NCBI GenBank assembly: GCA_963749915.1
Contig: CAVVOP010000021.1
Location: 224,001 to 288,000, forward strand
Reading direction: 5' to 3'
From: an uncultured cyanobacterium
GTDB lineage: Bacteria > Cyanobacteriota > Cyanobacteriia > Cyanobacteriales > Cyanobacteriaceae
Length of the DNA stretch: 64,000 nucleotides
The stretch's first letter is position 1. Each line of letters opens with the position of its first letter. The notes beneath the pieces are model-generated. The model had not been told where the DNA came from and did not search any database. It saw only the letters and a list, made by a program, of their open reading frames with translations. The translations under genes were made by a program, and so were the position numbers. Below are positions 9,771 to 20,034 of the stretch, in pieces.

Positions 9771-10313
9771 CTAAGCTGTTACTCCTGTAAGTATGAAAAA
9801 GAAGGGCTGTTTAATTTTTTTGTAATCCATTATTCCTAAAACCCTATTCTCATCAATTTTGCGGAAGGAATCGTTTATTGGTAAATAATCGTAGATCATG
9901 GTTGCTGTAACTTTACCTCGACTTTCCATCATTCGCAGTCTAGCTTGACTTTTTTCGGTTTTAAAAATGGAGTTCAGGGCAATAAATAAAGGCTTTAGCG
10001 ATGGATTATTTGGTAGAGGCATTTTCATAACCAAATCCATAGCCATAGGATTGGGATTGACTTTAAAGATTTCTCCTTTGCTATCAGTAAACAAAAGCGG
10101 ATGAACAGTTTCTGGATCTATAAATTCTTTACCATACCAGTTAGACATTTCGAGGATGCCATCCATCGGATGGTTTGTATTGATACCCTTACCCTGCCAG
10201 CGTCCCATCATAAAATCTAAATCGACTGATTCTAGGGAATCATAAAGTTTAAGGGCTTCTTCAGTGGTTGTTTGTTTAGTTTCCAAAATAGAAATGATTT
10301 CGTTATACCCCAT
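9771..10313 (-). CDS. GXWXG/DUF4334 domain protein
   Basis: MMGRWQG...HPMDG...WYGKEF; ARLRMM...ATMIYDYLPINDSFRKID. Confidence 0.8.
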   Translation of the reverse strand: MGYNEIISILETKQTTTEEALKLYDSLESVDLDFMMGRWQGKGINTNHPMDGILEMSNWYGKEFIDPETVHPLLFTDSKGEIFKVNPNPMAMDLVMKMPLPNNPSLKPLFIALNSIFKTEKSQARLRMMESRGKVTATMIYDYLPINDSFRKIDENRVLGIMDYKKIKQPFFFILTGVTA

Positions 10314-10391
10314 TTTTATCTTGCACCTCTGTTAAAAATTTTAGAGGTAAATCCTTGATTGGATAAAGGTTTCAATTTTTATCAGCAAGCC

Positions 10392-11237
10392 CTAATTATT
10401 ACTTCCTAAAAAATTAATAATCACGGGGGAAATCTCCTTGGAAAAATGCTCTTGTGGATAGTGTTTTGCTTCTTCAAGAGGGATTAATTTAAGTTTATTG
10501 TTAGCTTTAACTAAATTTTCCACAGGTGCAAATTCTAACCAGGGATCATCTTTTCCCCAAATAATTAAACAAGGTTTTTGCCATTGCTTTAAACCCGTTT
10601 CAATTTCGTTAGTTACTTGTTTTAAGTTTAATTTTTTCACCACCGTTACTAAAGTTCTTCCAGGTAAAGATGAAGTGACAATAGGTTTACGATAAAAAGC
10701 TAAATTTTGATCAGAAATGACAAAACCTGAGCCTTTTTCTAAAGTTCGATCTACAATTAAAGGATCTTGTGTCACCATATCACCTAAGAAGGGAAAACCA
10801 CATTGAGCAATTTGCCAAGGTAATTTCGCCGAGGAAATAATAGGAGTATTTAAAATAATTAATTTATCTATTTTATCAGGATATCGCAAAGCGTATTGAA
10901 TGCCAACGGTAGCTAAAAAACCTTGTATAACTAAAGAAAATTTTTCTAATTGTAAACCCTCAATAAATCCTTTAAAAGCGTTTATATACCCGGAAGGTGT
11001 ATAGTCAAAATCCCTTTTATCAGGTTTATGAGATAATCCCCAACCTAACCAATCAGGGGCGATTCCTCGATAACCATATTCCCCTAAACTAGGCATAATT
11101 TCTAGCCAAGAAAAACTTTGAGAAAGTAAACCATGAAGTAAAATAACTGGGGTTTTATTACTCTCTTCCGTGGGTAAAACTTCTCGATAAAACCACTCTG
11201 ATGATCCAACTTTTATTTTATGTTCGTTAATAGTCAT
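10392..11237 (-). CDS. Alpha/beta fold hydrolase (haloalkane dehalogenase-like)
   Basis: ILLHG, APDWLGWGLS, IIWGKDDPWL, AKHYPQE. Confidence 0.85.
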   Translation of the reverse strand: MTINEHKIKVGSSEWFYREVLPTEESNKTPVILLHGLLSQSFSWLEIMPSLGEYGYRGIAPDWLGWGLSHKPDKRDFDYTPSGYINAFKGFIEGLQLEKFSLVIQGFLATVGIQYALRYPDKIDKLIILNTPIISSAKLPWQIAQCGFPFLGDMVTQDPLIVDRTLEKGSGFVISDQNLAFYRKPIVTSSLPGRTLVTVVKKLNLKQVTNEIETGLKQWQKPCLIIWGKDDPWLEFAPVENLVKANNKLKLIPLEEAKHYPQEHFSKEISPVIINFLGSNN

Positions 11238-11317
11238 TATGATTTAATTAGTTTGATAGAAGAAAGAGTATTGAGTAAAAAAAGAAATAGTAATTATACT
11301 ATCTCTGAACTCATATG

Positions 11318-12178
11318 TTATCTATTGCCTATAAAACAAAGTGCCTGTTTATTATTGGGACAAAATTGTCGAGATACAGGATTATTATGGATATAAAGTT
11401 TCTCTAAACTTTCTAAATCCCACAAAGGTTCGATATGATTATTATCAATATTATTATTATTGAGGGATAATTCTTTTAGTTGTTTAAGGTTACTTAAAGG
11501 TTTTAAATCAGAGATATTATTATTATCCAAATATAATTCTTCTAAGTCGATTAAATTAGCGATGGGTTCTAAATCAGAGATTTTATTTTCTTTGGCATAT
11601 AATTCCTTTAAATTAGTTAACTCAGCAAGGGGCATTAAATCACTAATATTATTTTGGTTAATATACAAAGTTTTTAAATTAGCTAGAGAAGATAACGGTT
11701 GAATATTATCAATTTGATTATTACTAATATAAAGTTTTTCTAAATTAGTTAAGGAGTCAAGAGGGGTAATATCTGATATTTTATTATGACCTAAAATTAA
11801 TTTTTTTAAATTAGTCATGGATTTTAACGGGGTAATGTCACTAATTTCGTTATCGTATAAAGTCAATTCTGTGGCATTAACAAGACTAATTAAAGGACGT
11901 AAATCTGAAATACCTTTACCACTTATATTAATACCAAAAACCCTTGGTACAATTTCGGCCGCCTGTTGACAATTTTCTACTTTTAAAGCACTGACAACGG
12001 CATTAATAGTTTTTTGGGTAGCGGCTGGTAAAGATTCTTGTTGGGTACACCAATCGCTAAAACTTATGATTGATTCATTACTCTGGGCGATCGCAGAGTG
12101 GTGCTGTCCGATCACTGATGTACTTACAATAGTAGTTAATCCTAAACTGAACATTAAACTAGATTTTAATAAAGACAT
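11318..12178 (-). CDS. Secreted leucine-rich-repeat (internalin-like) protein
   Basis: 22-aa repeats LxxLxLxxNxIxDLxPL; signal peptide from ATG 12178 (start uncertain). Confidence 0.85.
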   Translation of the reverse strand: MSLLKSSLMFSLGLTTIVSTSVIGQHHSAIAQSNESIISFSDWCTQQESLPAATQKTINAVVSALKVENCQQAAEIVPRVFGINISGKGISDLRPLISLVNATELTLYDNEISDITPLKSMTNLKKLILGHNKISDITPLDSLTNLEKLYISNNQIDNIQPLSSLANLKTLYINQNNISDLMPLAELTNLKELYAKENKISDLEPIANLIDLEELYLDNNNISDLKPLSNLKQLKELSLNNNNIDNNHIEPLWDLESLEKLYIHNNPVSRQFCPNNKQALCFIGNR

Positions 12179-12296
12179 ATTACACTCCAACATCAAAATT
12201 TTGGTCAAAATTTATCGTCAAACGATCTTAATTCAATCTTTGACCTTTACAATAAAGATAAAATACTGACAAGACCATTTTAATCTTAATTGTGAC

Positions 12297-12698
12297 ATGA
12301 CTTCTAAAATTGCCTCAACACCGACTTTAATTTCCTATCCCCCTGCCACTGTTAAACGTGGAGAAAGGGCATTAACTTGTAGTCCGTTTCAGTTAACTTT
12401 ATTTACAACCATGATTAACTGTAGCGTTGACTTAAAAGATATAACTCTACAAAGAGGACTAGAAAAAAATTACACCTTAAAACCAATTACTGAAATAAAA
12501 GTCGAAAGGGAATTAATGTGGTTAATTAAAGTGGGTATTTTACGGCGAGAAGTCGATGGACAGGGCATTACAGATAGTTTTCGTTTAACCCCTTTAGGCA
12601 GGAATATTATCGGTAAATGGCAAAAAGATTTGGGGGAAATTCCTTCCTTCCATTGGCGTGATCATCTTATAAACTGGTTTAATCGTTGGTTTGGTTAA
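12297..12698 (+). CDS. Conserved cyanobacterial protein (Npun_F0494-like)
   Basis: LMWLIKVGILRREVDGQGITDSFRLTPLGR. Confidence 0.75.
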   Translation: MTSKIASTPTLISYPPATVKRGERALTCSPFQLTLFTTMINCSVDLKDITLQRGLEKNYTLKPITEIKVERELMWLIKVGILRREVDGQGITDSFRLTPLGRNIIGKWQKDLGEIPSFHWRDHLINWFNRWFG

Positions 12699-12801
12699 CA
12701 ATTAGTAATGAGTTATTAGACAATAAATTGTTAATTTATCTTACCCCAAGCCTATTTCCCATCCTCATCAAAATACTTTATTATCGTTAGCTAAAATATA
12801 A

Positions 12802-14295
12802 ATGAAAGCAATTATGGTAGTGGGTACCACATCCCACGCAGGAAAATCATCCCTTGTCACCGCTTTATGCCGTTTACTATGGCGTCAAGGTTGGTTAGTC
12901 GCTCCTTTTAAGGGGCAAAATATGGCGTTGAATGCCTATGTAACACCTACGGGAGGTGAAATTGGTTATTCCCAAGCACTACAAGCATGGGGGGCAAAAA
13001 CTATTCCGAAGGTGGAAATGAATCCGATTTTACTCAAGCCTCAAGGTAATATGACTTCTCAACTAATTATAAAAGGGGAAGTAGTTGGTGTCACCAATGC
13101 GAAAGAATACTATCAAAATTATTTTGAGCGCGGTTGGGAAGCTATCAAAGAAAGTTTAGATATTCTGGCACAAGATTTTGATTTAGTGGTCTGTGAAGGA
13201 GCTGGTAGTCCTGCGGAAATAAATCTCAAACATCGTGATTTAACTAATATGCGGGTAGCTAAACATCTCAACGCCCCTACTATTTTAGTGGCAGATATTG
13301 AAAGAGGAGGGGTTTTCGCTCATATTGTCGGTACTCTAGCACTATTAGATCCCGATGAGCGATCTTTAATTAGGGGTATCGTAATCAATAAATTTCGGGG
13401 CGATCAAAGTATTTTAGATCCAGGGATAGAATGGTTACAGGACTACACCAAAATCCCCGTCTTAGGTGTCATTCCTTGGTTTGACTTTGCTTTGCCCTCG
13501 GAAGATTCCCTTGGATTACTCGATCGACCTAGCAAAAAGAAAAATTATGAATTAAAAATTAATATTATCAAATTGCCCCATATTTCTAATTTTACCGATT
13601 TTGATCCCCTTGAAGCTGAAGATAGCCTACTAATTGAATATATCGAACCCCATGAAACCCTTGGTTATCCAGATGCTTTAATTATACCCGGTACAAAAAC
13701 GACGATCGCCGATTTGAAGATTCTTGAACAAAGAGGAATGATGTCGCAAATCAGAGAGTATGCAAAATCAGGAGGTACTATTTTAGGTATTTGTGGGGGT
13801 TTTCAAATGTTAGGACATCAAATATTAGATCCAGAATATCTTGAAGGATTAGAGATAACTTGTCAGGGATTGGACTTATTACCGATGCAAACCACATTGA
13901 AACCGGAAAAAATTACCCGTCAAAGAGAAGTCGCCGCCAACTACCCCCAAAAAGATCTACCCGTAGATGGTTACGAAATCCATCAAGGATATACAGAATT
14001 AATTCCTGCCTTAAGTAAACTGCGCAAAATTCGTTACTTTCCTTTATTCGATGATGCTACCCTGGGCTTAGTTAATGAGACACAATCAATCTGGGGTTGT
14101 TACCTTCATGGTATTTTCGATAATGGTCCATGGCGCCGAGCATGGTTAAATAATTTAAGACAAAAACGGGGTTTACCATCATTACCCACAGGCATCTGTA
14201 ACTATCGCCAACAAAGAGAAGAATTACTGGATTCTTTAACCGATTTAGTGGAAAAACATCTAAATTTAGATCCAATTTTCGGCGTTGATTTTTGA
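12802..14295 (+). CDS. cobQ: Cobyric acid synthase
   Basis: VVGTTSHAGKS, PFKGQNMALN, EGAGSPAEINL, GICGGFQMLG, YLHGIF. Confidence 0.95.
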   Translation: MKAIMVVGTTSHAGKSSLVTALCRLLWRQGWLVAPFKGQNMALNAYVTPTGGEIGYSQALQAWGAKTIPKVEMNPILLKPQGNMTSQLIIKGEVVGVTNAKEYYQNYFERGWEAIKESLDILAQDFDLVVCEGAGSPAEINLKHRDLTNMRVAKHLNAPTILVADIERGGVFAHIVGTLALLDPDERSLIRGIVINKFRGDQSILDPGIEWLQDYTKIPVLGVIPWFDFALPSEDSLGLLDRPSKKKNYELKINIIKLPHISNFTDFDPLEAEDSLLIEYIEPHETLGYPDALIIPGTKTTIADLKILEQRGMMSQIREYAKSGGTILGICGGFQMLGHQILDPEYLEGLEITCQGLDLLPMQTTLKPEKITRQREVAANYPQKDLPVDGYEIHQGYTELIPALSKLRKIRYFPLFDDATLGLVNETQSIWGCYLHGIFDNGPWRRAWLNNLRQKRGLPSLPTGICNYRQQREELLDSLTDLVEKHLNLDPIFGVDF

Positions 14296-14366
14296 TAATT
14301 ATGAAGAAATATTACAAAATTTAGGTTTTTATGGCATAGTGCAAAAAAAAGATATACATTAGTTAC

Positions 14367-14760
14367 TAGGTACAAAAAGGGAAAGAAACACCCTTTACCG
14401 AAGTGAGATTGGAGTCTGTACCCCCTGCTCTGGTCATGTTTATTAACTGGTCTTTTGTTGAGGCTGTGACTTCTGAGATAATTTGGCTCAACTTTTGTGG
14501 TTGCAGTGTAGATTAAAATCAAAGGAAGAGGTGTTTTTAGAGTTTAAAGTAGTAGGTTGCTACTTGTTCGAGTTCCGTTCGTTGAGTTAAATTTCGGAAT
14601 GTGATCTGTGAATGCTCGAGGCCCTGCCAAGAAAAGATGAGATTAGATTAGTAAATGTTTGTTAACCCATAGTAACTCAAGTTTTTTGAGATAGATTTTT
14701 TGGATCCTAATTCATCGAGTATAAAATGACCCACCTAGTTTCTATGGTGGGTTTAAATTT
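14367..14760 (+). ncRNA. Candidate structured non-coding RNA (~390 nt), unidentified
   Basis: -10-like TACATT 14355-14360; several helices with G-U pairs favouring the + strand; terminator hairpin 14729-14752; no credible ORF. Confidence 0.45.
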
Positions 14761-14762
14761 TT
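14729..14762 (+). terminator. Intrinsic terminator-like hairpin
   Basis: ACCCACC-TAGTTTCTAT-GGTGGGT followed by a T-rich tail. Confidence 0.6.
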
Positions 14763-14787
14763 GGCAGTAAATATTATAGTTAATGAT

Positions 14788-14912
14788 TAGACCTCTTGCA
14801 AAAGTCAAAAAATCTGGTCGTCAGAGAAGTCAGGAGTCAGGAGTCAGAAAGGCTTTTCCAATCCAAAATCCAAAATTACCTAACCGAGAAATCTATTTTT
14901 GCAAGAGGTCTA
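14788..14912. mobile_element. MITE-like element (125 bp) with 16-bp perfect TIRs
   Basis: TAGACCTCTTGCAAAA (14788-14803) and TTTTGCAAGAGGTCTA (14897-14912); internal CAGGAGT and AATCCAA heptamers. Confidence 0.75.
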
Positions 14913-14921
14913 TTAGTTGCT

Positions 14922-16055
14922 TTAAGTCTGTTTCATTAGGGAAGCCGTTACAAAAGGACTTAAGGTTAAAATTAATAACATTCTCGTCATTTGCATGGTT
15001 AATACAAAGCCAGAATTTCCCCCTAATTCGATTACCGTGGCCATCATCGCACTTAGCCCTCCCGGACTTGACCCTAATAAGGCTGTTAAGGTGTCAACTT
15101 TCGTTACTAAATGAAACCAATATCCAACTATAAGACAACTAGTAATTAACAATAGCACCAAGCCTATTTCCAATAATACTGCTTTTAATAATTTTTGCAG
15201 ATTTTGGATTTCAAATTTAGCGCCGATGGATAATCCCAATAACAGTAAACCCCCTCGAAAAATAGGCATCGGGAGAGTAATTTCGTAAGGGAAAAAACGA
15301 AATAAGAGTAAACAACTAAAAAAAGGGGCTAAAAATAAGTTTGAGGGTAATTTGATAATTTTACCGATGTGAATGCTCAAAAATACACATAGGGCTATGA
15401 TGCTTAAATTTATGGGGAGGGGTAGAGAAGTTAATAAATAATGATGACTTTGAGAGGTTATATTAACGGAAATTGAACTGGTTTGTATAAAATAAAAATT
15501 AGTGATAATTGGCACAATTACAGATACCATTAAGATTCGCAAATATTGTAATACGGCTACGACGATCGCATCAGCCCCCATCTCTTCACTCATAGCCACC
15601 AAACTATGCCCTGCACCAGGAATACAGCCCAAAAAACTACTGGGTAAATCAAGGTCAGCAAATTTATGGATTAAATAACCGTTAAATAAACTAAAACTAG
15701 CGGTGATGACTATACAAATTAGTAACGGCAAAAAATAATCCTGTGCCGTTGTTAAAGTTTCAAAGGAAAAACGACTGGCGGAAAAAATCGCAATGATGAC
15801 CTGTCCAGTAACACTAAAAGATTTCGGTAAAGATTTAGCTTCTCCTTTAATGAGGGTACAAAATATAGCCACTATCAGAGGAATTAATAGCCAAGGAATA
15901 GGACAGTTAAGGCGATCGCCAATAAAAGTAAAAACAATAGCTAAGAGAAAAAGCAAACTAATTTGAACAAAATTCCCGTAACTAAAAGCAGATAGGGATT
16001 GTGCAAAAAGTGTTTTGGTGAAGGTAGGGAATGGGCAATGGGAAATTATTTTCAA
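14922..16055 (-). CDS. AbrB-family duplicated membrane protein
   Basis: Multi-TM; repeated PGAG/PGGL-SxM motifs with QYLRI and QMTRM. Confidence 0.8.
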   Translation of the reverse strand: MKIISHCPFPTFTKTLFAQSLSAFSYGNFVQISLLFLLAIVFTFIGDRLNCPIPWLLIPLIVAIFCTLIKGEAKSLPKSFSVTGQVIIAIFSASRFSFETLTTAQDYFLPLLICIVITASFSLFNGYLIHKFADLDLPSSFLGCIPGAGHSLVAMSEEMGADAIVVAVLQYLRILMVSVIVPIITNFYFIQTSSISVNITSQSHHYLLTSLPLPINLSIIALCVFLSIHIGKIIKLPSNLFLAPFFSCLLLFRFFPYEITLPMPIFRGGLLLLGLSIGAKFEIQNLQKLLKAVLLEIGLVLLLITSCLIVGYWFHLVTKVDTLTALLGSSPGGLSAMMATVIELGGNSGFVLTMQMTRMLLILTLSPFVTASLMKQT

Positions 16056-16155
16056 CTTTTTTATCTAAATAATCATATTATACAGCCCATTTTTAGTTAA
16101 AAATCTTATTTTTTGCTGAATGCTTAATTGTTAATTGTTAATTGTACATTGATGA

Positions 16156-16668
16156 TTAGATGGAAACTTCGCTCAATTCACGGGTAAGATGATCGAAAGG
16201 TGTATCCACACAATCAACATTATCGATACCAGCTTGTAAAGCCATTTCTCGGATCATTTCCTTCATGATTTGAATACCCCGTACAGTGGGGGCAATAGGT
16301 ACACAAAGAGAATTATAAGTTTCCCTTAAACCCTGTAAAACTCGCTCATCTAATACAGTATTATCACCAGCCACTAAAGCGTAACTAGCATAACGAAGGT
16401 AATAATCCATATCTCTTAAACAAGCGGAATAACGGCGAGTAGTGTAAGCATTTCCACCGGCACGAATTAATTCTGGTACTTCTTCGAATAATTGTCTTCC
16501 GGCATTTTTTACTAACTCAGGGGAATTAGCGTTGATAATGGAAGCAATCTGAAGTCTAGTTGTACCTGATTGATAATAAGATTTTATGGAATCCATAGCG
16601 TCACGATCTAAATAACGACCAGAGACATCATAATTTTTAATTAAATTAGTTACAGCATCTAGTAACAT
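16156..16668 (-). CDS. apcF: Allophycocyanin beta-18 subunit
   Basis: DAVTNLIKNYDVSGRYLD, GGNAYTTRRYSACLRDMDYYLRY; ATG 16668. Confidence 0.93.
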   Translation of the reverse strand: MLLDAVTNLIKNYDVSGRYLDRDAMDSIKSYYQSGTTRLQIASIINANSPELVKNAGRQLFEEVPELIRAGGNAYTTRRYSACLRDMDYYLRYASYALVAGDNTVLDERVLQGLRETYNSLCVPIAPTVRGIQIMKEMIREMALQAGIDNVDCVDTPFDHLTRELSEVSI

Positions 16669-16946
16669 TTTTTTTCTCCCAAACAAAATTTTTATGAGTA
16701 ACTTAAAGAGTTATTTATGATCTTAATATGATCTTGCAATCCCAGCCAATGACAAAGGTATCAAGATTTAGGGTTATTCGCGGATATAATCAGTAATCAC
16801 TTTTAGGGAAAACACTACTGCTTAACTGTCCAAAGGAAAAGACGGCTTTCCTATACAATAAAGATTATAAACTGCGAAACTATTATCTTATTTCTTAACG
16901 TCTCTTGATAAGAAAAGTATAAAATCTTTACATCTTTTATAAGGTT

Positions 16947-18116
16947 ATGAATATCCATAAATCTATTCGTCAATTTTCCTCCTATCTAATCGCCCTATTT
17001 ATAGTGGTTGTAATCGCTTTTAGTGGCATTAGTCAACTAACGGCCGAGGCTCAAGTTAGTGATGGGAATATAGTAGCTCAAGTACCCGTTAATCTCACTG
17101 CTGATAGTTTTGTCGCCCGGGCGGTGGAAAAAACAGGGGATTCAGTGGTAAGGATTGATACGGAAACAGTCATTACTCAATCAATAGATCCTATTTTTGA
17201 AGATCCTTTTTTCCGCCAATTTTTTGGGGATCAATTTCGTAACCGTATGCCTCAGGAAAGGAGAGTTACAGGTTTAGGTTCAGGTTTTATCGTTGATAGC
17301 CAAGGTATTATTCTTACTAATGCCCATGTGGTTAGTGGTGCCGATAAAGTAACTGTTACTCTCAAAGACGGTCGTACTTTTCAAGGAGAAGTCAAAGGTA
17401 CTGATCAAATCACTGATTTAGCCGTAGTTAAAATTAATTCTCAAGGGCAAAATTTACCTGTTGCCACCCTCGGCGATTCTTCTCAAATAAAAGTAGGTGA
17501 TTGGGCGATCGCTGTAGGTAATCCCATTGGGTTGGATAATACCGTCACATTAGGAATTGTTAGTACCCTTAACCGTCCTTCCTCCCAAGTGGGCATTTTA
17601 GATAAAAGAATTGACTTCATTCAAACCGATGCCGCCATTAATCCAGGTAATTCTGGAGGACCACTTTTAAATGCTCAAGGAGAAGTAATCGGTATTAATA
17701 CCGCTATCCGTGCCGATGCAATGGGCATTGGTTTCGCTATCCCTATTAATAGAGCAAAAGAATTAGAAACAACTTTAGTAGCGGGGAAAGAAGTACCCCA
17801 TCCTTATGTTGGGATTCAAATGGTCAAAGTTACCCCCGAATTAGCTAGAGAAAATAACCGAGATCCTAATACTAACTTTTCTATTCCTGAACTAGAGGGG
17901 GTTTTAGTCGTCAGAGTCTTACCGGATAGTCCTGCGGAAGCTGGTGGTATTCGCCGGGGTGATGTCATCGTCAAAGTTAATAATCAACCCATTAAAGATG
18001 CCAACCAATTACAAAAATTAGTGGAAACTACTGGTATCAACCAAAATCTAAAATTTGCCATCGTGCGTGGCGATCAAAAGTTAGATTTGAATATCAAAAC
18101 TGCTCAAATGCGATAA
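16947..18116 (+). CDS. hhoA: HtrA/DegP-family serine protease with PDZ domain
   Basis: [33 protein letters not shown]; single PDZ domain; signal peptide. Confidence 0.85.
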   Translation: MNIHKSIRQFSSYLIALFIVVVIAFSGISQLTAEAQVSDGNIVAQVPVNLTADSFVARAVEKTGDSVVRIDTETVITQSIDPIFEDPFFRQFFGDQFRNRMPQERRVTGLGSGFIVDSQGIILTNAHVVSGADKVTVTLKDGRTFQGEVKGTDQITDLAVVKINSQGQNLPVATLGDSSQIKVGDWAIAVGNPIGLDNTVTLGIVSTLNRPSSQVGILDKRIDFIQTDAAINPGNSGGPLLNAQGEVIGINTAIRADAMGIGFAIPINRAKELETTLVAGKEVPHPYVGIQMVKVTPELARENNRDPNTNFSIPELEGVLVVRVLPDSPAEAGGIRRGDVIVKVNNQPIKDANQLQKLVETTGINQNLKFAIVRGDQKLDLNIKTAQMR

Positions 18117-18127
18117 CCTTTAAATTA

Positions 18128-18154
18128 TTAGGAGTAACTTTCAACTACTCCTAA
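18128..18154. terminator. Hairpin between convergent genes
   Basis: TTAGGAGTA pairs with TACTCCTAA. Confidence 0.55.
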
Positions 18155-18184
18155 ATCTTCAATTTACTGTTAACTATCGACTAT

Positions 18185-19936
18185 TTACAACTTTTCTTTG
18201 TTAACTCTAATTAATTTATATGCCCCTTTTTCTGAAACTAATTGATAGTTAGTTTTTTGTAACCCACTATTTTGTAAATAGTTTGATTCAGCCAAAATTA
18301 AGATACTATTACCTCCACTTTCATTTTTTTGTAAATAAGTTTTCATTTCATTAGTATCATAAACAAATTGAACAGGATTTTCACTATAATAAACTATGCT
18401 ATAACGAGTAAATCCCATTAAAAATATTTCTTCATCGGGTTGAATTTCGGTTTTAATCTGTGTTGACAATTCTCGAAAAGATTGCTGTCTTTCTTTGTCT
18501 AAAAGGGGGATTAAAGGAGGAAAAACAAAGGTGACAAATGCAAAAAATGCCACGAAATTGGCACTCCAAAACCAACGATTTAAAGATTTTTTAAACAGTA
18601 AAAATAGTCCTATTAATATTCCTAATCCCCATGACACGGCAGAAATTATTGGTATGCCTGATTCTACTAAATTACTGGCTAATGTTGGTGCGGAAGGATC
18701 CCCTCCCACTAATTTACCACTAATGGCCGATGCGACTGCCAAAACCGCAAGAATAACGACATTAACCATGGTGGTGAGAAGAAATAGCCAATTATTCCGT
18801 TTTTGTGGTTGCCGTTGAGCGAATTTATCCCCCCAAAACAAGGCAATGATGATGACGACGGCGGGGGTAATTGGGAGAATATAACCCGGAAGTTTTGTGG
18901 CGGCGGCAGAGAAAAACACAAAGGTAGTAATAAACCATGCAAGGGCAAACAAACCTAACTGAGAATTACGGGGAGATTTTTTCACTTTTCGCCACTGCCA
19001 AAAAGATAGATTCGCAACCCCTAGGGGAAAATACACCGACCAAGGTAACATTAAGACAGTACCCCAGATAATATAATAATACCAAGGACCGGGATGATTG
19101 AAAACCACATTAGTAAAACGCTTAAAGTTACTAACCGCTAAAAATTCATTAATAAATATTTCCCCGTCAATAATGGTAGCAGCGATATACCAAGGTAATG
19201 CAAAGGCTAAAAAGAGAAGAGTAGTGCGAAGGGGGTTGATTTCTTGGAAAATTTCCCAAAATTTGCCGACATATAACAAAAAACTGCCAATTCCCAGTAT
19301 CGGTAAAATTACTCCGATAGGTCCTTTTACTAACACGGCGATTGCCATTAAAATGGGAAAGAGACAATAGCACAACCTCTGAAATTTTCGGTTTTCCGGT
19401 TGTGCATAGCCAAGAAAAAACACCAACATCGCCAAAGCAATGGCGGAGGATAGTAACATATCGGATACTGCCACCCTTCCCCAAGCAATCCAAGCAGGAT
19501 TCAACGCCATAATACCGCCGCCAATCCATGCTGTTATCCATAACTGCCAAGAATTATTATGGGGTTTCTTCTGGCTAAAACCAAAGTAACGGAGGGTATA
19601 AAATACTAAAAATACCACAGCGATGGCACTTAAAGCCACGGGAAACCTAGCGGCCCATTCTGTAACACCAAATATTTTGAAACTAAGTGCTAAAAACCAA
19701 TAACCCCCGGCAGGATAGGAATAAAAATAATTGTCATTCCAATGAGGGCTAATCCAATTATTACTTAAAACCATTTGCCGAGACACTTCTACATATAAGG
19801 CCTCGGTTTTATCGATTAAGCCAATATTACCGAGATTCCCCAAAAAGGCAACCCAACTTAGTAAAAATAAGCCAACCATGGAAATAATCCATAATTTTGT
19901 TGATTGTTTTTGCCACAACTCACCATTAAATTGCAC
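18185..19936 (-). CDS. ArnT/PMT-like membrane glycosyltransferase (GT39/GT83)
   Basis: DKTEALYVEVSRQM, FGVTEWAARFP, LVKGPIG, TKLPGYILP; many TM helices. Confidence 0.85.
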   Translation of the reverse strand: MQFNGELWQKQSTKLWIISMVGLFLLSWVAFLGNLGNIGLIDKTEALYVEVSRQMVLSNNWISPHWNDNYFYSYPAGGYWFLALSFKIFGVTEWAARFPVALSAIAVVFLVFYTLRYFGFSQKKPHNNSWQLWITAWIGGGIMALNPAWIAWGRVAVSDMLLSSAIALAMLVFFLGYAQPENRKFQRLCYCLFPILMAIAVLVKGPIGVILPILGIGSFLLYVGKFWEIFQEINPLRTTLLFLAFALPWYIAATIIDGEIFINEFLAVSNFKRFTNVVFNHPGPWYYYIIWGTVLMLPWSVYFPLGVANLSFWQWRKVKKSPRNSQLGLFALAWFITTFVFFSAAATKLPGYILPITPAVVIIIALFWGDKFAQRQPQKRNNWLFLLTTMVNVVILAVLAVASAISGKLVGGDPSAPTLASNLVESGIPIISAVSWGLGILIGLFLLFKKSLNRWFWSANFVAFFAFVTFVFPPLIPLLDKERQQSFRELSTQIKTEIQPDEEIFLMGFTRYSIVYYSENPVQFVYDTNEMKTYLQKNESGGNSILILAESNYLQNSGLQKTNYQLVSEKGAYKLIRVNKEKL

Positions 19937-19968
19937 AAATTTTTCTCCTTATCAATAAAAGTTAATAG

Positions 19969-19995
19969 TTGATACTTGATACTTGATACTTGATA
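19969..19995. repeat. Heptamer tandem repeat (TTGATAC) x ~4
   Basis: Read directly. Confidence 0.8.
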
Positions 19996-20034
19996 GTGGG
20001 GACTTAATACTTGATAATTAATAATTACTCATTG

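Noticed and set aside
14296..14760. Cobalamin riboswitch next to cobQ
   Set aside because: The region is downstream of cobQ and I found no B12-box-like motif.
14783..15133. 116-aa + strand ORF
   Set aside because: It translates the MITE heptamers (SQESGVR) and the antisense strand of the AbrB-family gene.
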